Source: Eledone cirrhosa (Eukaryota). Taken from it: a DNA stretch of 64,000 bases. How positions within the stretch are numbered: position 1 is the stretch's first letter; every line of letters starts with the position of its first letter. Location of the stretch: assembly GCA_964016885.1 (NCBI GenBank), contig OZ024743.1:246574001-246638000 (forward strand). Direction: 5' to 3'. Below are positions 1 through 13,879 of this stretch, piece after piece. The position numbers and the translations under genes are program-made. Under the pieces are notes generated by a model. The model made no database searches, was not told the origin of the DNA, and was given only the letters and a program-made list of their open reading frames with translations.

Positions 1-1516
1 GAAACTTTGAATAGAGCCATTAAGTTTGCTAAGGATAACTCTGACCTTACAAACGATGAAATTAAGATTATATTAGAAGCTAGGAAAACTATAGTCAAAT
101 TTGAGAACAGTTATTGGGTTCGTAAAGATAGACCCTCTAACTTTGACATAACAATGGGCTCTAACGATTCGGCGGAAATAACTGATATTGTGGGGTTATT
201 TATCGCCTTTAGACTCCAGGAAAAATTCAGCAATCTCCACGGTGGAATATACCGCGACGATGTTCTCCTCCTAGTTAAAAACCTAAATAACCAAAAACTA
301 GAAAAACTACGCAAAGATATAAGAAAACTACTACTCGAAATAGGACTAACTATAACATATGAATACAACCTTAAAGTAGTTAACTTCCTGGATGTCACAC
401 TCAATTTAAACTCTGGTCTGATTAAACCGTTTCATAAATTGAATGAAAATCTCAAGTACGTAAATGTTGGGTCTAACCACCCCATCTCTATAATTAAATC
501 TATCCCTAAAAATATTTCCCTTAGAATCTCGGGTCTATCTTCTAACATACAAGTATTTAAGGAACACGCCGAGTACTACGATAACGCCCTTAGTAAAGCA
601 GGCTACCTCAACAAAATAGAGTATATAGATGAGAACAATTAAAACACCCCAAATAAATCCCACATAGGTAGATATAATAACAACACCAAACCACACTTAC
701 TACCATAGTATACACACCAGTAAACCAACAAACAAAACTAATAGAAAGCGATGCAAATAGTACTTATGGTATAACCCTGAATACAATAGTTCCATTAGTA
801 CAAATTTACCAGTTCTCTTCTTTAAAATAATTAAGAGACATTTTCCTACATCACACAAATACCACAAAATCCTAAACCCTACCACTATAAGACTGTCATA
901 CTCTACAGCGTTAAACCTTGAACAACACATAAAAAAGATCAATACTAGAAGGTTAAACGAAAACACTAAAAACTTAAGTACAAAGAACACAAAAAAAACA
1001 GTAGACAATACACTACAGAACATAAATAAACCACACCTAAGTTCGTCCGCAATACTACACCGGAGAAAACCCAACGTACACAATTGTAACTGCACCTATC
1101 CTGACAACTGCCCCCTCGGCAATAACTGCCTGGAAAAAAATATCATTTATAAGTGTACCATTAAATCCGGAGGCAACGAGTGGTATTACGTGGGATCAAC
1201 GGCAACATCGTTTAAATCTCGATTATATAGGCATTCTTACTCAATAAAACACCAGTGCCAAAGAAATGTAACAACTTTAGCAGAAAAAGCTTGGACGCTC
1301 AGGGATAGCGATCAAAAGTTTACCCTAAAATGGGAGAAATTAGCTAAAACCCAAAGCTTTTCCAGGAGCCAAAATTTCTGCAAATTGTGTAATCTTGAGA
1401 TTTATTACATAATCACACACAAGAAGAAATTGCTTAATAACAGAATTGAACGAACATTATTCTGCCGTCACCGAACTAAAACCCTTTTTTCCCACTACAA
1501 GCTGAATATTACATAA
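1..1516 (+). pseudogene. Penelope-like retroelement (PLE-1) RT + GIY-YIG ORF, cut off by the window start and disrupted by stops and a frameshift
   Basis: ORF 7..642 has RT motifs FDITMGSNDSAEI and GGIYRDD. From about 764 another frame reads LWYNPEYN...FPTSHKYHKILN...LSYS, then CNCTYPDNCPLGNNCL..IIYKC..WYYVGST (GIY-YIG) and ends CKLCNLE..LLNNR..CRH. It is collinear with the 7738..10180 ORF. Confidence 0.9.
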
Positions 1517-1602
1517 AAGAGGGACATCCCCCAACTATATAAACCTCAATCTAGTTAGAAAAATATAAAAACAATCTCTTCTCAACATATATATGTATAT
1601 TA

Positions 1603-1702
1603 ATTGTTTCTACTTTTGGCACAAGGCCAGCAATTACCCAGTGCATTACTGGTACTTTATTTTATCGACCCCGTAAGGATGAAAGGCAAAGTCAACCTCG
1701 GC
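1603..1702 (-). mobile_element. SINE 3' fragment inserted into the PLE-1 pseudo-LTR
   Basis: Reverse complement of the family A SINE tail (44108 type). It is absent at the homologous site near 17635 (tattaataaccttaaat). Confidence 0.85.
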
Positions 1703-1886
1703 CCTTAAATTACCACACTAATAATGAAAAGATATGCTGATGAGAATAGGTGCGAATATGCTATAATGAATGTGTCTAAAAGCGACCATATGTATGTATA
1801 TATATGTGAAAATGTATATAAATAAGTAAATATATATATATGTTTGATTTGTATAGTTAGATGTAAGTGTATTCATGTATTAAAGT

Positions 1887-1923
<37 letters not shown>

Positions 1924-2444
1924 GACTGGAGTATGTATGTATATATGTGTGTGTCTATACGTGTGTATATAAAGATAAGTTGAGTATGAAAATGTATACA
2001 CATGAATGCGTATGTATGTACATGTATATATGTATATATATGTATATATATATGTGCATGTGTATATGTATGTAAGTATGAGCATGTAAGTATGTGTATG
2101 TGAGTATATGTATTTTGTAGAGGTGTGCATATATGTTTGTGTGTGAATGCGTGGGCGAAAGGATACGTACACTTGAAAGAAAAATTTAAGTCTGAATGTT
2201 AATTAAGTGCAAACACAAAACCAACCATGCATATCTATACTATCTCTAATCCTTCTATAGATTTAGAAAAATAACCAATAATATATTCTATAAAAATGTC
2301 AAAACAACAGATAGGAATCTAATTACTCACTGCCACCAAAAATTCTCACTGCTATCAAAAAACCACTCCCTCAACTATTCTTCTAACAACTTCACCCCTC
2401 CCTCCTAATATTCTCTATAAAAACCAAACAGGTCCTCAGTAAAA

Positions 2445-2565
2445 TTATTCTGATGAGATGACAGTTGATAATAACATTGAAATATTGAATGTCTGCATAA
2501 CTAATACTTTGTAGATAGCAGCTGTTTTCAGGTTTTGTAACTGTTATTGAAACACGTGTCAATAA
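2445..2565 (+). ncRNA. Type I hammerhead ribozyme with 92-nt stem II, GUC cleavage triplet
   Basis: ttatt-CTGATGA(2450)-gatgacagtt...aactgttatt-GAAA(2549)-cacgtg-TC-aataa. Stems I and II pair and stem III is a palindrome. Confidence 0.8.
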
Positions 2566-2593
2566 ATTCCTTTTAACTAAACTGTATCCATTT

Positions 2594-2654
<61 letters not shown>

Positions 2655-3057
2655 ACTGCCTATTTATCCTTCTTATGTATCTATCTTCCGACTGCTATTA
2701 GAACTTGTGTTTTGGTATTATTGTTGTTTTTGTCTGAAGACAGATACATTAGTTAATATACATTGATAGTTATAGATAGACAGACGGACTAACAGATATA
2801 TACGTAAGTAGGTAGATAGTGATAGATGATAACCTGTTCATATACCACTGACCATCTAGAGAACACAACCATACACACACGCACACATATATTGTTTGTT
2901 CATGATATGGGTGTTTGTCTTCTCCAAACTGTGTGTGTGTGATAGAGAAAGGCAGAAAAGAAGATATTAAAGCACATACATGCATTCATTACCACTTCCA
3001 AGACAAGCTCATAACAGCATAGCTGACATGTAACCTGTGTTTTATTAAAAGTCGTAT

Positions 3058-3143
3058 AAGCGCCTGAAGATTAGGTCACAATTTTGATCCTCTTAGATAT
3101 GGAGATATGGTCAATATTGAGCCTTGAAACCTTAGTAGCGCTT
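3058..3143 (+). ncRNA. Type I hammerhead ribozyme with 55-nt stem II
   Basis: aagcgc-CTGAAGA-ttagg...caattttgatc...ggtcaatattg..cctt-GAAA-ccttag-TA-gcgctt. Stem I is a perfect 6-bp helix. Confidence 0.75.
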
Positions 3144-3351
3144 TTGTTCTGTGTAGGAACATAAATAATATAATTGTTTAAATAATATAATGTAATGTAA
3201 TATATATATATATATATACACAGAGGTATCCACAGTATGTTGTGAGGTCTATTCTGCATGAAGAACTCGATGTAATCCATATGTTGAAAATGTTGTAGGT
3301 TAAGATAAATCTCGGAAAACAATAAAACATTAAAAGGAAAACAGAGTCATG

Positions 3352-3476
3352 ATATAAGTTAAAACAATGAAATAAAAAATCAGGTCATTAGAGATATACT
3401 TCACTGCTTTACGATCGTAAAGCAGTGAGTATATCTCTAATGACTTCATTTTTTATTTCATTGTTTTAACTTATAT
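3352..3476. repeat. Near-perfect ~125-bp fold-back palindrome
   Basis: tataagttaaaacaatgaaataaaaaat...cactgcttta-cgatcg-taaagcagtg...attttttatttcattgttttaacttata. Confidence 0.9.
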
Positions 3477-3690
3477 ATATATATATATATATATGTAGAT
3501 AAATCTACCAAGAGTTTACGGTAGTGTCCAATCCGTATGAAGAACTCAATGTATTCCGGATATCATGGAAAGAAGAGATGTAATGAAAAATCACTTTCGG
3601 TGAAAGATAAACGGTATACAGAGTCAAGATAAAATATTAAACAAATAATGAACAAACAATAAGACAGTTCCTTATATTAAACAAAAAAAG

Positions 3691-3844
3691 TTCATTATTT
3701 AACGATCGTTTCTAGGATATATATGTGTTAGAATTGGCATGCATATTCAACAGATCTATGTACAAAATTATACAAAATTATACAAACTATCAAGATTAAA
3801 TATACATACCAACACATATATACGCCGTCTTCAGAAATAATGAA
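3691..3844 (-). ncRNA. Type I hammerhead ribozyme in the PLE-2 3' pseudo-LTR, ~115-nt stem II
   Basis: Minus strand: ttcattattt-CTGAAGA-cggcgtatatatgtgttgg...ctaacacatatatatccta-GAAA-cgatcg-TT-aaataatgaa. Stem I is a 10-bp helix. Confidence 0.78.
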
Positions 3845-4099
3845 GTATATTTATTGATAATAACAACAATTCAAAATTTCAGGTCCGTTTGGGAACAAAA
3901 TTGACCAATGAAAATACAAAAGGTTTAATGCAGTTCGGTGTGTGTATATACATGTAAAACCCTTACACATATTTTACAAAAATGTATGCATAACTTGTAT
4001 ACGCATACTAAAAGGATGGATGCAAATACAAAATTTCAAGGTTAATGTCTCTGTAAGTTTATAATGCACAGATAAGATGCGTATAGACACACAAATATG

Positions 4100-4474
4100 A
4101 AATAAGTGTATAGATATATTTTCATACTCACACATATCCGTACAATCACACATACACGCGCGTATATGCATAAATATACACATAACCACGAACATACAAA
4201 CACACACACACCCCCACTCACATATATATATGTGGATATAAAATCATAAGCACATGGATATTAATTCACTCACATAAACACTGGCACACACATTTAGATC
4301 AAGATACAGAAATTAGGTGGGAGGGGGGGGAGAGGTCAGTATTCAACGGTCTGGGCAGACTGCTTAATATAGATGTATCTATAAACTAAGAAAATAAAAA
4401 ATAATAAATAATAAATAAACATTAAAGAGGAAAGAATAGAAAAAGAAAAAAGAAAAAAGAAATATATCAAGAAA

Positions 4475-4565
<91 letters not shown>

Positions 4566-4695
4566 TACATATATATACACATATACAAACACATACATAC
4601 ATATACACACATCCACACTAAGAACATACATACACTCACATATATAAACATATACATATACACACATACATACATATACACACATACATATAAAT

Positions 4696-4754
<59 letters not shown>

Positions 4755-5074
4755 CATACACACATACATACACATATAATCACACATACTATATAGACAC
4801 ACATATATATACACACATACACGCACATATACATACACTTACATACTTATATACATACAGATATACACATACATAGCTATATATACACACAAATACATAC
4901 AGACATACATACATACATACAGACAAATACTTACGCATCTATATATCGGTATATACATACAAACACCACTACACTATCACACAACTCAGACATACAAAGA
5001 AAAAGGTATATACCTATACACACATACATATACAAATAGAAAAACATATAGATATATATATATATATATACACA

Positions 5075-5110
<36 letters not shown>

Positions 5111-5323
5111 CATATACACATACACACACATACACATACATACACATACATACATGTACACACACATAGAAATATATACGCATACACACATACACACATA
5201 CATATAAAGTCATACACACACATACACCTACACGAACATACACATACACATATATAAAGATATATATACACACACACACACACACATACACACACACACA
5301 TATATATAAAAAATAAATAATAA

Positions 5324-5392
<69 letters not shown>

Positions 5393-5729
5393 CATACATA
5401 TACATACACACATACATAGACATATATGTACATACATACACATACATAGATACATACACACACATACATACATATATATATACACACATAGACATATACA
5501 TACATACACACACAACTTACATACACACATATATATTCATACATAGAATTAGATATATAATCATACATACATATGCACTTACATATACTCATATATACAA
5601 ATACATACGCATCCATATATGCGTATATACATAGAAACACCACTACAACCTCACCCAACTCAGACATACAAATAAAAATAAAAAGGCATATGCATATACA
5701 TATATACACGCATTAATAGAGATATATAT

Positions 5730-5777
<48 letters not shown>

Positions 5778-6001
5778 ACTTATATATATATATATACATA
5801 CCCACACACACATACCACCATAAATACACATACAAACACCCACATATACATATATATACACACATATATATATATATACACACACATAAAAAACAGACAT
5901 GCACATATATATTTTTTTACACATATATATACACATATTATATACATATACACACCCTCACATATACACACATACACATAAGTTATATTATAATAATAAA
6001 T

Positions 6002-6080
<79 letters not shown>

Positions 6081-6111
6081 GAATATAGACATATATACAC
6101 ACATAGACACC

Positions 6112-6146
<35 letters not shown>

Positions 6147-6342
6147 ATATACACAGACACATATACACACTCACATATATATGTGTGTGCACACACACAT
6201 ATATACACATACACACATATACACATAAACACATATATGTGTATACATGCACACACACACATATATCCACATAGATACGAAGATAGATATATAAATAGAG
6301 AGACATACATATATATACACACACACATATACATACATACAT

Positions 6343-6417
<75 letters not shown>

Positions 6418-6600
6418 CACACATACACATACACACACATATACACATGCATATATACACATATACACATACATACACACACACATATATACACACACAA
6501 TCTTACATTCATATTTGCATGCGCATATATGTATTTTTATATTCAGATATAAATACCCAAACATATATACACCTACCTACATATATATACATACACGCTT
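4100..6600. repeat. Compound (TA)n/(CA)n/(TACA)n microsatellite block within the PLE-2 3' region
   Basis: Direct inspection. It is the source of the spurious YI/CV-repeat ORFs. Confidence 0.95.
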
Positions 6601-7737
6601 ACAAACACAGATGATAATAGTATGGGGGAAAGGGGGGGGTTGGAGAAGGGGATTATAGTAAATATATGTTTCAAGAAACATAGAATATTATCCGTATCTG
6701 GATCCAATGTATGTTTTTACATAGTTTCAGTGTTAGGAAATATAATAAACAAGAAATAAGGCAAAATTTATGCATTTCAAAATAAATAAGTATACCATTA
6801 ATTATATGTTAACTAAACTAAAGATAGTTAACATATTGATTTCTAAGGTGTAAATTAGTTAGGTTTATAATATTTGAAGCAGAATTTTGAAGTTAAATAG
6901 TAGTAGAGTATTAATTATAGTATAACTAAATTAAAGTTAATAACGTTATGGTATCAATATTAGGAAATGAATTTAGTAATAGGGAAAAAACAAATAAAGT
7001 ATTACATCGGTAGTAGAATATAAATTATAGGTTAACTAAATTAAAAATTATATATTTATTTCTATAGTATATGTTAATTAGGTATATAATAAATAAAACA
7101 GATATTGTATTTTATCAATAGCAGAATATAATTATATGCAAATAGAAATCAAAATTAATACATATACATATACATATACATACACATACATATATACATA
7201 TATATACACATATATATATACATATATATACATAAACACACACACACACATACACATACACATATACATATACATATTTTTTTCAAAAAATTGCATAGAA
7301 TATATTAACTAGGTATATATCCAAAACACATCCCATTCTATGATTACATGACATTCTGCAATTCGTCTGTATAAGGATACTAATTTTAAGCAAATTAAAT
7401 TAAATTTTTAGGTTGATTAAAATTAAAACCAAATTATAAATATATTTCTAAAATGTATATTAATTAGGTCTATAATACTAAAAATTATTTCTCTGTCATT
7501 GGATACACGATATTATTTTGTTATATTTTATCTGTAAAAGAATTATAATAAAAGGTTTAAATAAATTAAAATTAATCTATAAATTAAATTACTAAGTATA
7601 TATTAGTAATATTTAAAGGTTTTTCACAATTTATGATTACATAATATTTTATATTCTCATCTGTAATAAAATTTTAATTAAATTAAATTTATAGGTTAAC
7701 CAACATTTAAATTAAATTAATTTCTAAAATAATGTTA

Positions 7738-10180
7738 TTAATTAGGTTTATAATATTTAAATGTTTTTTTTAGTTTATGATTACACGATATAATTAATTC
7801 CTGTCGTTTATTTAATAAGATATCCTTAGATTTCATTATTTCAAATAGTTCTTGGGAACATAATCTACATTCATTTCTATTATTTTGATAAGGGGTGGCT
7901 CTTTTGAGCACACTCCAGGTCAAATCATATTCTATATTCTTATTTTTATAACTATTGATTTTTTCTGCTAGAGATGTTGTATTAGCCAGTGCGGCATTTT
8001 TAAAACTATGCTTGTGGGTATTAAACCTTGTCTTAAAATTGTTAGAGGTAGCTCCTATATATGAGCAAATAGAATCTTTAGTTTTAACATTACATTTATA
8101 GACTATGTTGTTAACAAGACAATTCCCTTTTAATGGGCAGTTTGCTTTGTTTCTACAGTTACATCCTTTCGTTAATTCTGTATTTGAGGAGATATTATGG
8201 TTAATTTGATGTACTGGTGGTATACTTATGGTTTTCTTACATTTATATGCATTATAGGCACTTATATTTTGTTTTATGTTATTTGTTGTAGAGTATGAGA
8301 ATTTAACTGTAGACCTATTTAAGATTTGATGGTATTTGTGGTTTGGCGGGAAGTTTTTCTCTAGGATATAAAAAAATTTTTTAGCAATATTATCCTTAAT
8401 TTGTAAATTAAATGGAGCATTATACCAAGTAACCCGTCTATTACGGTTTCTATGTTGTTTATTATTTTTATTATTTTTATAGGTAGTATCGTGATTTTTA
8501 CTAGGAGGATTAATGTTAATGATCTCACCACAACCATTTTTAGTTATATTTGTAGATTTAGGTGTTTTATCCTTTTTATTAGGAGTTTTATTATTAATAT
8601 TTATTAGAGTTGTATGATGAGTAGTTTTTTGAGAGTTACTATACTTTATATTAGAAGATTTGGTATTTTGGGGTATAGTGTGGGTGGCATTTAGGTGTGT
8701 ACTTTTCATTTGGTGTTTGTTGGTAATATTAGGTTGTATGCTTTCAGTATTTTTAGTAGAAGGTATATATTCTAATCTATTTTTGTGGCCACTTCTATCT
8801 AGAGCTTCGTTATAGAAGGTCGCATTTTTATCGAATACATCTTGGTTAGAAGAAAGGTTAGAAATTCTAAGTGATATATTATATGCAAGGTTTTTAAGGA
8901 TAGATTTAGGGTGATTAGATTGTGAGTGTATGTAATGTAAGTTTTGGTTAGGTTTATGGTAAGGTTGGTAGATACCCGTAGCTAAATCTAAAGTTATATC
9001 TAGGAAATTTACTACTTTACTTGTTTTTTCAAAAGTAATATTAAGATTATAATAGTCTTTAAGGAAAGTTCTAATATGTTTTTTGTTTTTTTCAATTTCT
9101 GAAAGGCTAAGGTTGTTAGAAAGAAGAAGACAGTCATCACGATATAAACCACCTTTGAGGTGGGGAAAAGAGGCATTTATGTTGAAAAGGAGAAAGAGGC
9201 CCACAAGATCAGTAATTTGGGCGGAATCGCTTGAACCCATAGTAATATCAAATAGATTACTATATGTGTTTCTGGTCCAGTATTCATTCTGAAATTCAAT
9301 AAGTGTTAGTCTAGCATGTGTAATAATATTAATGTCATCCAAAGTTAAGTTAGATCTATTTTTAGCAAATATCAATGCTTTGTTCAGGAGTATAGGTGAT
9401 ATAGAAGAATAGTAATTATCTATATCAAATTGTAGAAATGAAGCAGAAGATTTACATCTAATATTTTTAAACCAGTTAATTACCTGGGAGGTGTTTTCCC
9501 AGAGTGGTAAAATAACGTGTTTTCTTATTTGTGGGATGACTCTATCTAAAATTTTTTTGCTAATTATTCCAATATCTGATTTGGAGGGACATATAAGTCT
9601 AATAGAAGGATTTGAGTTAAAGTTTGATTTATGATCCTTCAGGTTGAAGTGTGGTCTTTTCAATGCCAAAGGTTCAGTTCTATCTTCAATGTTTAGTTTT
9701 TTTACTATGTTGTGTGTTTTGTTGTTGATGTTGGTGAGTGACGCATTATTAGATTTTTTTATAATTTTTTCTGAGTTCTTTATATATGAACTCGTTATAA
9801 TGTTCAATATCCATATGATACAAGTTACCAGTTTTGTCCGAGTGGACATGGATTTTTTTAGACTTTTTTAGGTCCAATAGGGTAGAATCAAGGTCCTTTT
9901 GAAAGACGGATTTATACTTTTTAAATTTGAGGTGTTTAATTAAATTAAAAAGGTCTTTCTCGAAGTCTTCAAGTAAAAAGTTGTGTGGTGGATTCTTGTA
10001 AGTATTGAAATCATACATATATTTCCGATCTGCTTGTTTAGATTTTCTATCGAAGTGGTAGGCTCTCCATCTAACCCTTCTGATAAAATTATTAGTTTTC
10101 TGAATCATAAGGAGTAAGAAGTCATCCTTAGAAGGTATTGGTATGTTTTTTAAGGAGGTTCCTAAATATTGTTTTTCCAT
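7738..10180 (-). pseudogene. PLE-2 reverse transcriptase / GIY-YIG endonuclease ORF with a single frameshift
   Basis: The N-terminus MEKQYLGTSLKNIPIPS...FIRRVRWRAYHF...HSDKTGNLY joins ORF 7738..9849 at a T7 run (9754-9760). That ORF has QFDIDNYYSSI, FDITMGSSDSA, GGLYRDD, VNFLDITLDL, CNCRNKANCPLKGNC, IVYKC..YIGAT and CRLCSQE. Confidence 0.92.
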
Positions 10181-10766
10181 TGTGATATGGATGATGGACA
10201 ATTGAAAGAGCTCAACTAAATGTATATGGGTTTATAAAATCATACATATATATATGTATATACATAAATATAAAATTAATACACACATACAGTACAAAAA
10301 TACGAATATTTCCGTGAAAATAGGAGCAAAATTATGTAGATAAATCTACCAAGAGTTTACGGTAGTGTCCAATCCGTATGAAGAACTCAATGTATTCCGG
10401 ATATCATGGAAAGAAGAGATGTAATGAAAAATCACTTTCTGTGAAAGATAAACGGTATACAGAGTCAAGATAAAATATTAAACAAATAATGAACAAACAA
10501 TAAGACAGTTCCTTATATTAAACATTATACGCATCTTATCTGTGCATTATAAACTTACAGAGACATTAACCTTGAAATTTTGTATTTGCATCCATCCTTT
10601 TAGTATGCGTATACAAGTTATGCATACATTTTTGTAAAATATGTGTAAGGGTTTTACATGTATATACACACACCGAACTGCATTAAACCTTTTGTATTTT
10701 CATTGGTCAATTTTGTTCCCAAACGGACCTGAAATTTTGAATTGTTGTTATTATCAATAAATATAC

Positions 10767-10920
10767 TTCATTATTTCTGATGACGGCGTATATATGTGTT
10801 GGTATGTATATTTAATCTTGATAGTTTGTATAATTTTGTATAATTTTGTACATAGATCTGTTGAATATGCATGCCAATTCTAACACATATATATCCTAGA
10901 AACGATTGTTAAATAATGAA
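10767..10920 (+). ncRNA. Hammerhead ribozyme, inverted copy of 3691..3844
   Basis: ttcattattt-CTGATGA(10777)...GAAA(10899)-cgattg-TT-aaataatgaa. Confidence 0.75.
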
Positions 10921-10973
10921 CTTTTTTTGTTTAATATAAGGAACTGTCTTATTGTTTGTTCATTATTTGTTTA

Positions 10974-11068
<95 letters not shown>

Positions 11069-11451
11069 AACAAGGGGAGAAGAATACTGCGTGGTTGCAC
11101 ATGGATTACATATTATAAAATTAGTCCCTCATCAGTGATTTGCCAACCATCATTGGTATTTCATCGCATTAAAAATCAGATACCTCAGGTTGGTGCGAGC
11201 AATAACTAAAATAAGCTATTGGGACAAGTGAAACGCGTAAAGCGAGTGAGACAAGTAACCAACAGAAGGAAAAGCAAACCGAAGGTTGGAAAACAGCAAG
11301 CCACATGATAGTTATCCGATCAGCATAATCTGGGTGAATTTCATGAGCGGTCAGAGAAGCAGAGACCGTATGCCGTGAATGCGGTGTGAGAAAGAAGGAA
11401 GTCCACTACTAGCGAACGGGAGGAAGTGAGAAGGGGAGAAACAGAGAGTGA

Positions 11452-11760
<309 letters not shown>

Positions 11761-12094
11761 TATACACGTGGCCTGAGCAATGGTTAGCCTCCCGTTTTTT
11801 GGGAACTAATGTTTTTCTAGAATTTCAAAATGTCTTCTAATGATTGCTAGCTCATGGCTTCACTGTTTTCCGATTTTAATCAACGGCAAATGTTGATGAT
11901 TTTTACTGCATGTAAGTATAATACTTATCTTGTCTCTACGTTTTTTTAAACGTAATTAGATTGTTCTCTGCAAAATATTAGATATATGGTTTCCTATGAT
12001 ATTGGTAGTGTACAATGGATTTTTAGCTCCAACACTCATAGAGCTATCATAGAGCCACATGATCGTTATATATTATATATCGATCTCTTTTGAT

Positions 12095-12128
<34 letters not shown>

Positions 12129-12260
12129 TGTAAGGCCTAGGTATTTCATAATGGGGTGGTTTGAATATTCATGAAATTTTCAAACGACATGAAATGCTTT
12201 CTGTCGAATGTCGAAAAGAATTTGATAACTCGACTTGGTAGGAACAGAGTGTGGGAGACT

Positions 12261-12389
<129 letters not shown>

Positions 12390-13879
12390 TGCTATATTAG
12401 TTTGCAATGTTTTAATAAAATACATATTAATTGGAAAACAAAGCACGTATGTTATACATAAAATGGATGGTAAATCGCAAAAAATAGGGATGAAAGGGAG
12501 AAATACAATTAAAAGAGGAAGGGGAGCTTAACTTTAAACAATACATTTATTGATCGTTCATGTTTATCAGTCATTGCAGCTATTTTTTCCCGCTATTTCA
12601 TTCAAGATGTCTCAACAAGCCTAATGTTGCCGTTTAATGCTTTTGCCCAATGTTTTCTCCCCAAAAATATTCGATATGATTGATATCAAATACATTTTCT
12701 CGTTTCTCTGATGTTACCGATATCGAACTATTTCAGTAATTCCTTTTTATTTTTCAGGCCAGTATCCACTGAATCATAGGTCGGTGAAAAGCGCCATGAT
12801 GTCGCCTGGTAATCCGTCTGTGCCAATACTTTACATGAAAGACTTTATATATTTACTGGAATATGTATGACTCTACTTTTATATTATTAAAATGTTTCTA
12901 CAATGCCGGAATAAACAAGCTTTGTATTGTGATGAAAAAAAAAGAGGAGGAAGTGGTGTCAACAAAATACAAATATTAAAATGATGAAATATAACGAAAA
13001 ACTTCCTTGATGAAACAATAGGAATATATAAGAGCAAGATGTCGAGAGCTGATCTACTTGGATACAAATAAGAAAGAAAAACATTTAATGTGGCGAATAA
13101 CTATGATGTATAAACACTCCTTCAAGTAAAATATTAGATTTCTGACACAAAAAATACTCGAGTAATTTTGAATTAACAAAAACGTTTCTGTAGCTTTTCA
13201 TAGTTTAAGTGTACTGACGTTTGTCCCACTATAGAATCCATGTAATTTTGCTTGTACAGCGACATTTGTTTTCAGCTGATAATCAGCGTTGACAAGGACA
13301 GACGATCGCCTCTCTATATAAAATATGTTTGTATGTATGAACCCGTAACTCCTGATGTACACACACAGTGTCTTAGGGACTTTAAACTTCTCCAGATCTG
13401 AACACAATCGAGTTCTTTCAGAAAAGATAAGTGTGACAGATTAAGTGAGAAAGAAATATAGAGAAAGAATCGACCCAAGTACTGAACTGGTATTTATTTA
13501 TTTATTTTTTTACCTTCAAAGGATAAAAGGCAATGTTGACCTCGGCGAGATTTGATTTCAGAGCGCAGAGAACGAATATCGCAAAGCATTCAATTCGACG
13601 CCTATATAAAATGTGTACCTCTGTAAATTAATATATTTTAAACCGGTAAACGGAAATTAATTTTCTAGTAAAAAAAAAAGCCACACTTTTGATTCGAAAA
13701 AAACAACAGAAAAAAAAATCAGAATTTAAATGTTTTCAGAGTTTCTTTTTTCTGATATCTTTACATATATAAATGCCCACGGTTTTCAATAAATTTCCAT
13801 TTTTTATAGAATCTAAATACAATGTGACTTTTTCTTGCGACCTTTTTACGTGTTTTTTCCCTTGTGACTTCTTCTTCGT

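Larger units (their letters stand above)
1430..2600 (+). mobile_element. 3' pseudo-LTR/UTR of PLE-1
   Basis: Closely matches 17460..18620 and its inverted copy 16311..17457. It contains a hammerhead motif and ends at a (TA)n tract. Confidence 0.85.
3492..10982 (-). mobile_element. Near full-length Penelope-like element (PLE-2) with direct and inverted pseudo-LTR copies
   Basis: 3492..3683 is directly repeated at 10333..10524, and 3629..4084 is repeated inverted at 10527..10982. It has an internal RT-GIY-YIG ORF and (TA)n tracts on both flanks. Confidence 0.88.

Noticed and set aside
1730-1815. CTGATGA...GAAA in the PLE-1 pseudo-LTR (also near 17672)
   Set aside because: No convincing stems I-III.
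4336-6614. Many overlapping YI/CV/HT-rich ORFs (also at 16.7-18.2 kb, 33.7-34.1 kb and 37.7-38.1 kb)
   Set aside because: They are translations of dinucleotide microsatellites that lack stop codons.
11100-11185. Hammerhead-like pieces on the minus strand
   Set aside because: Both cores are incomplete and stem II does not pair; at most a fossil.
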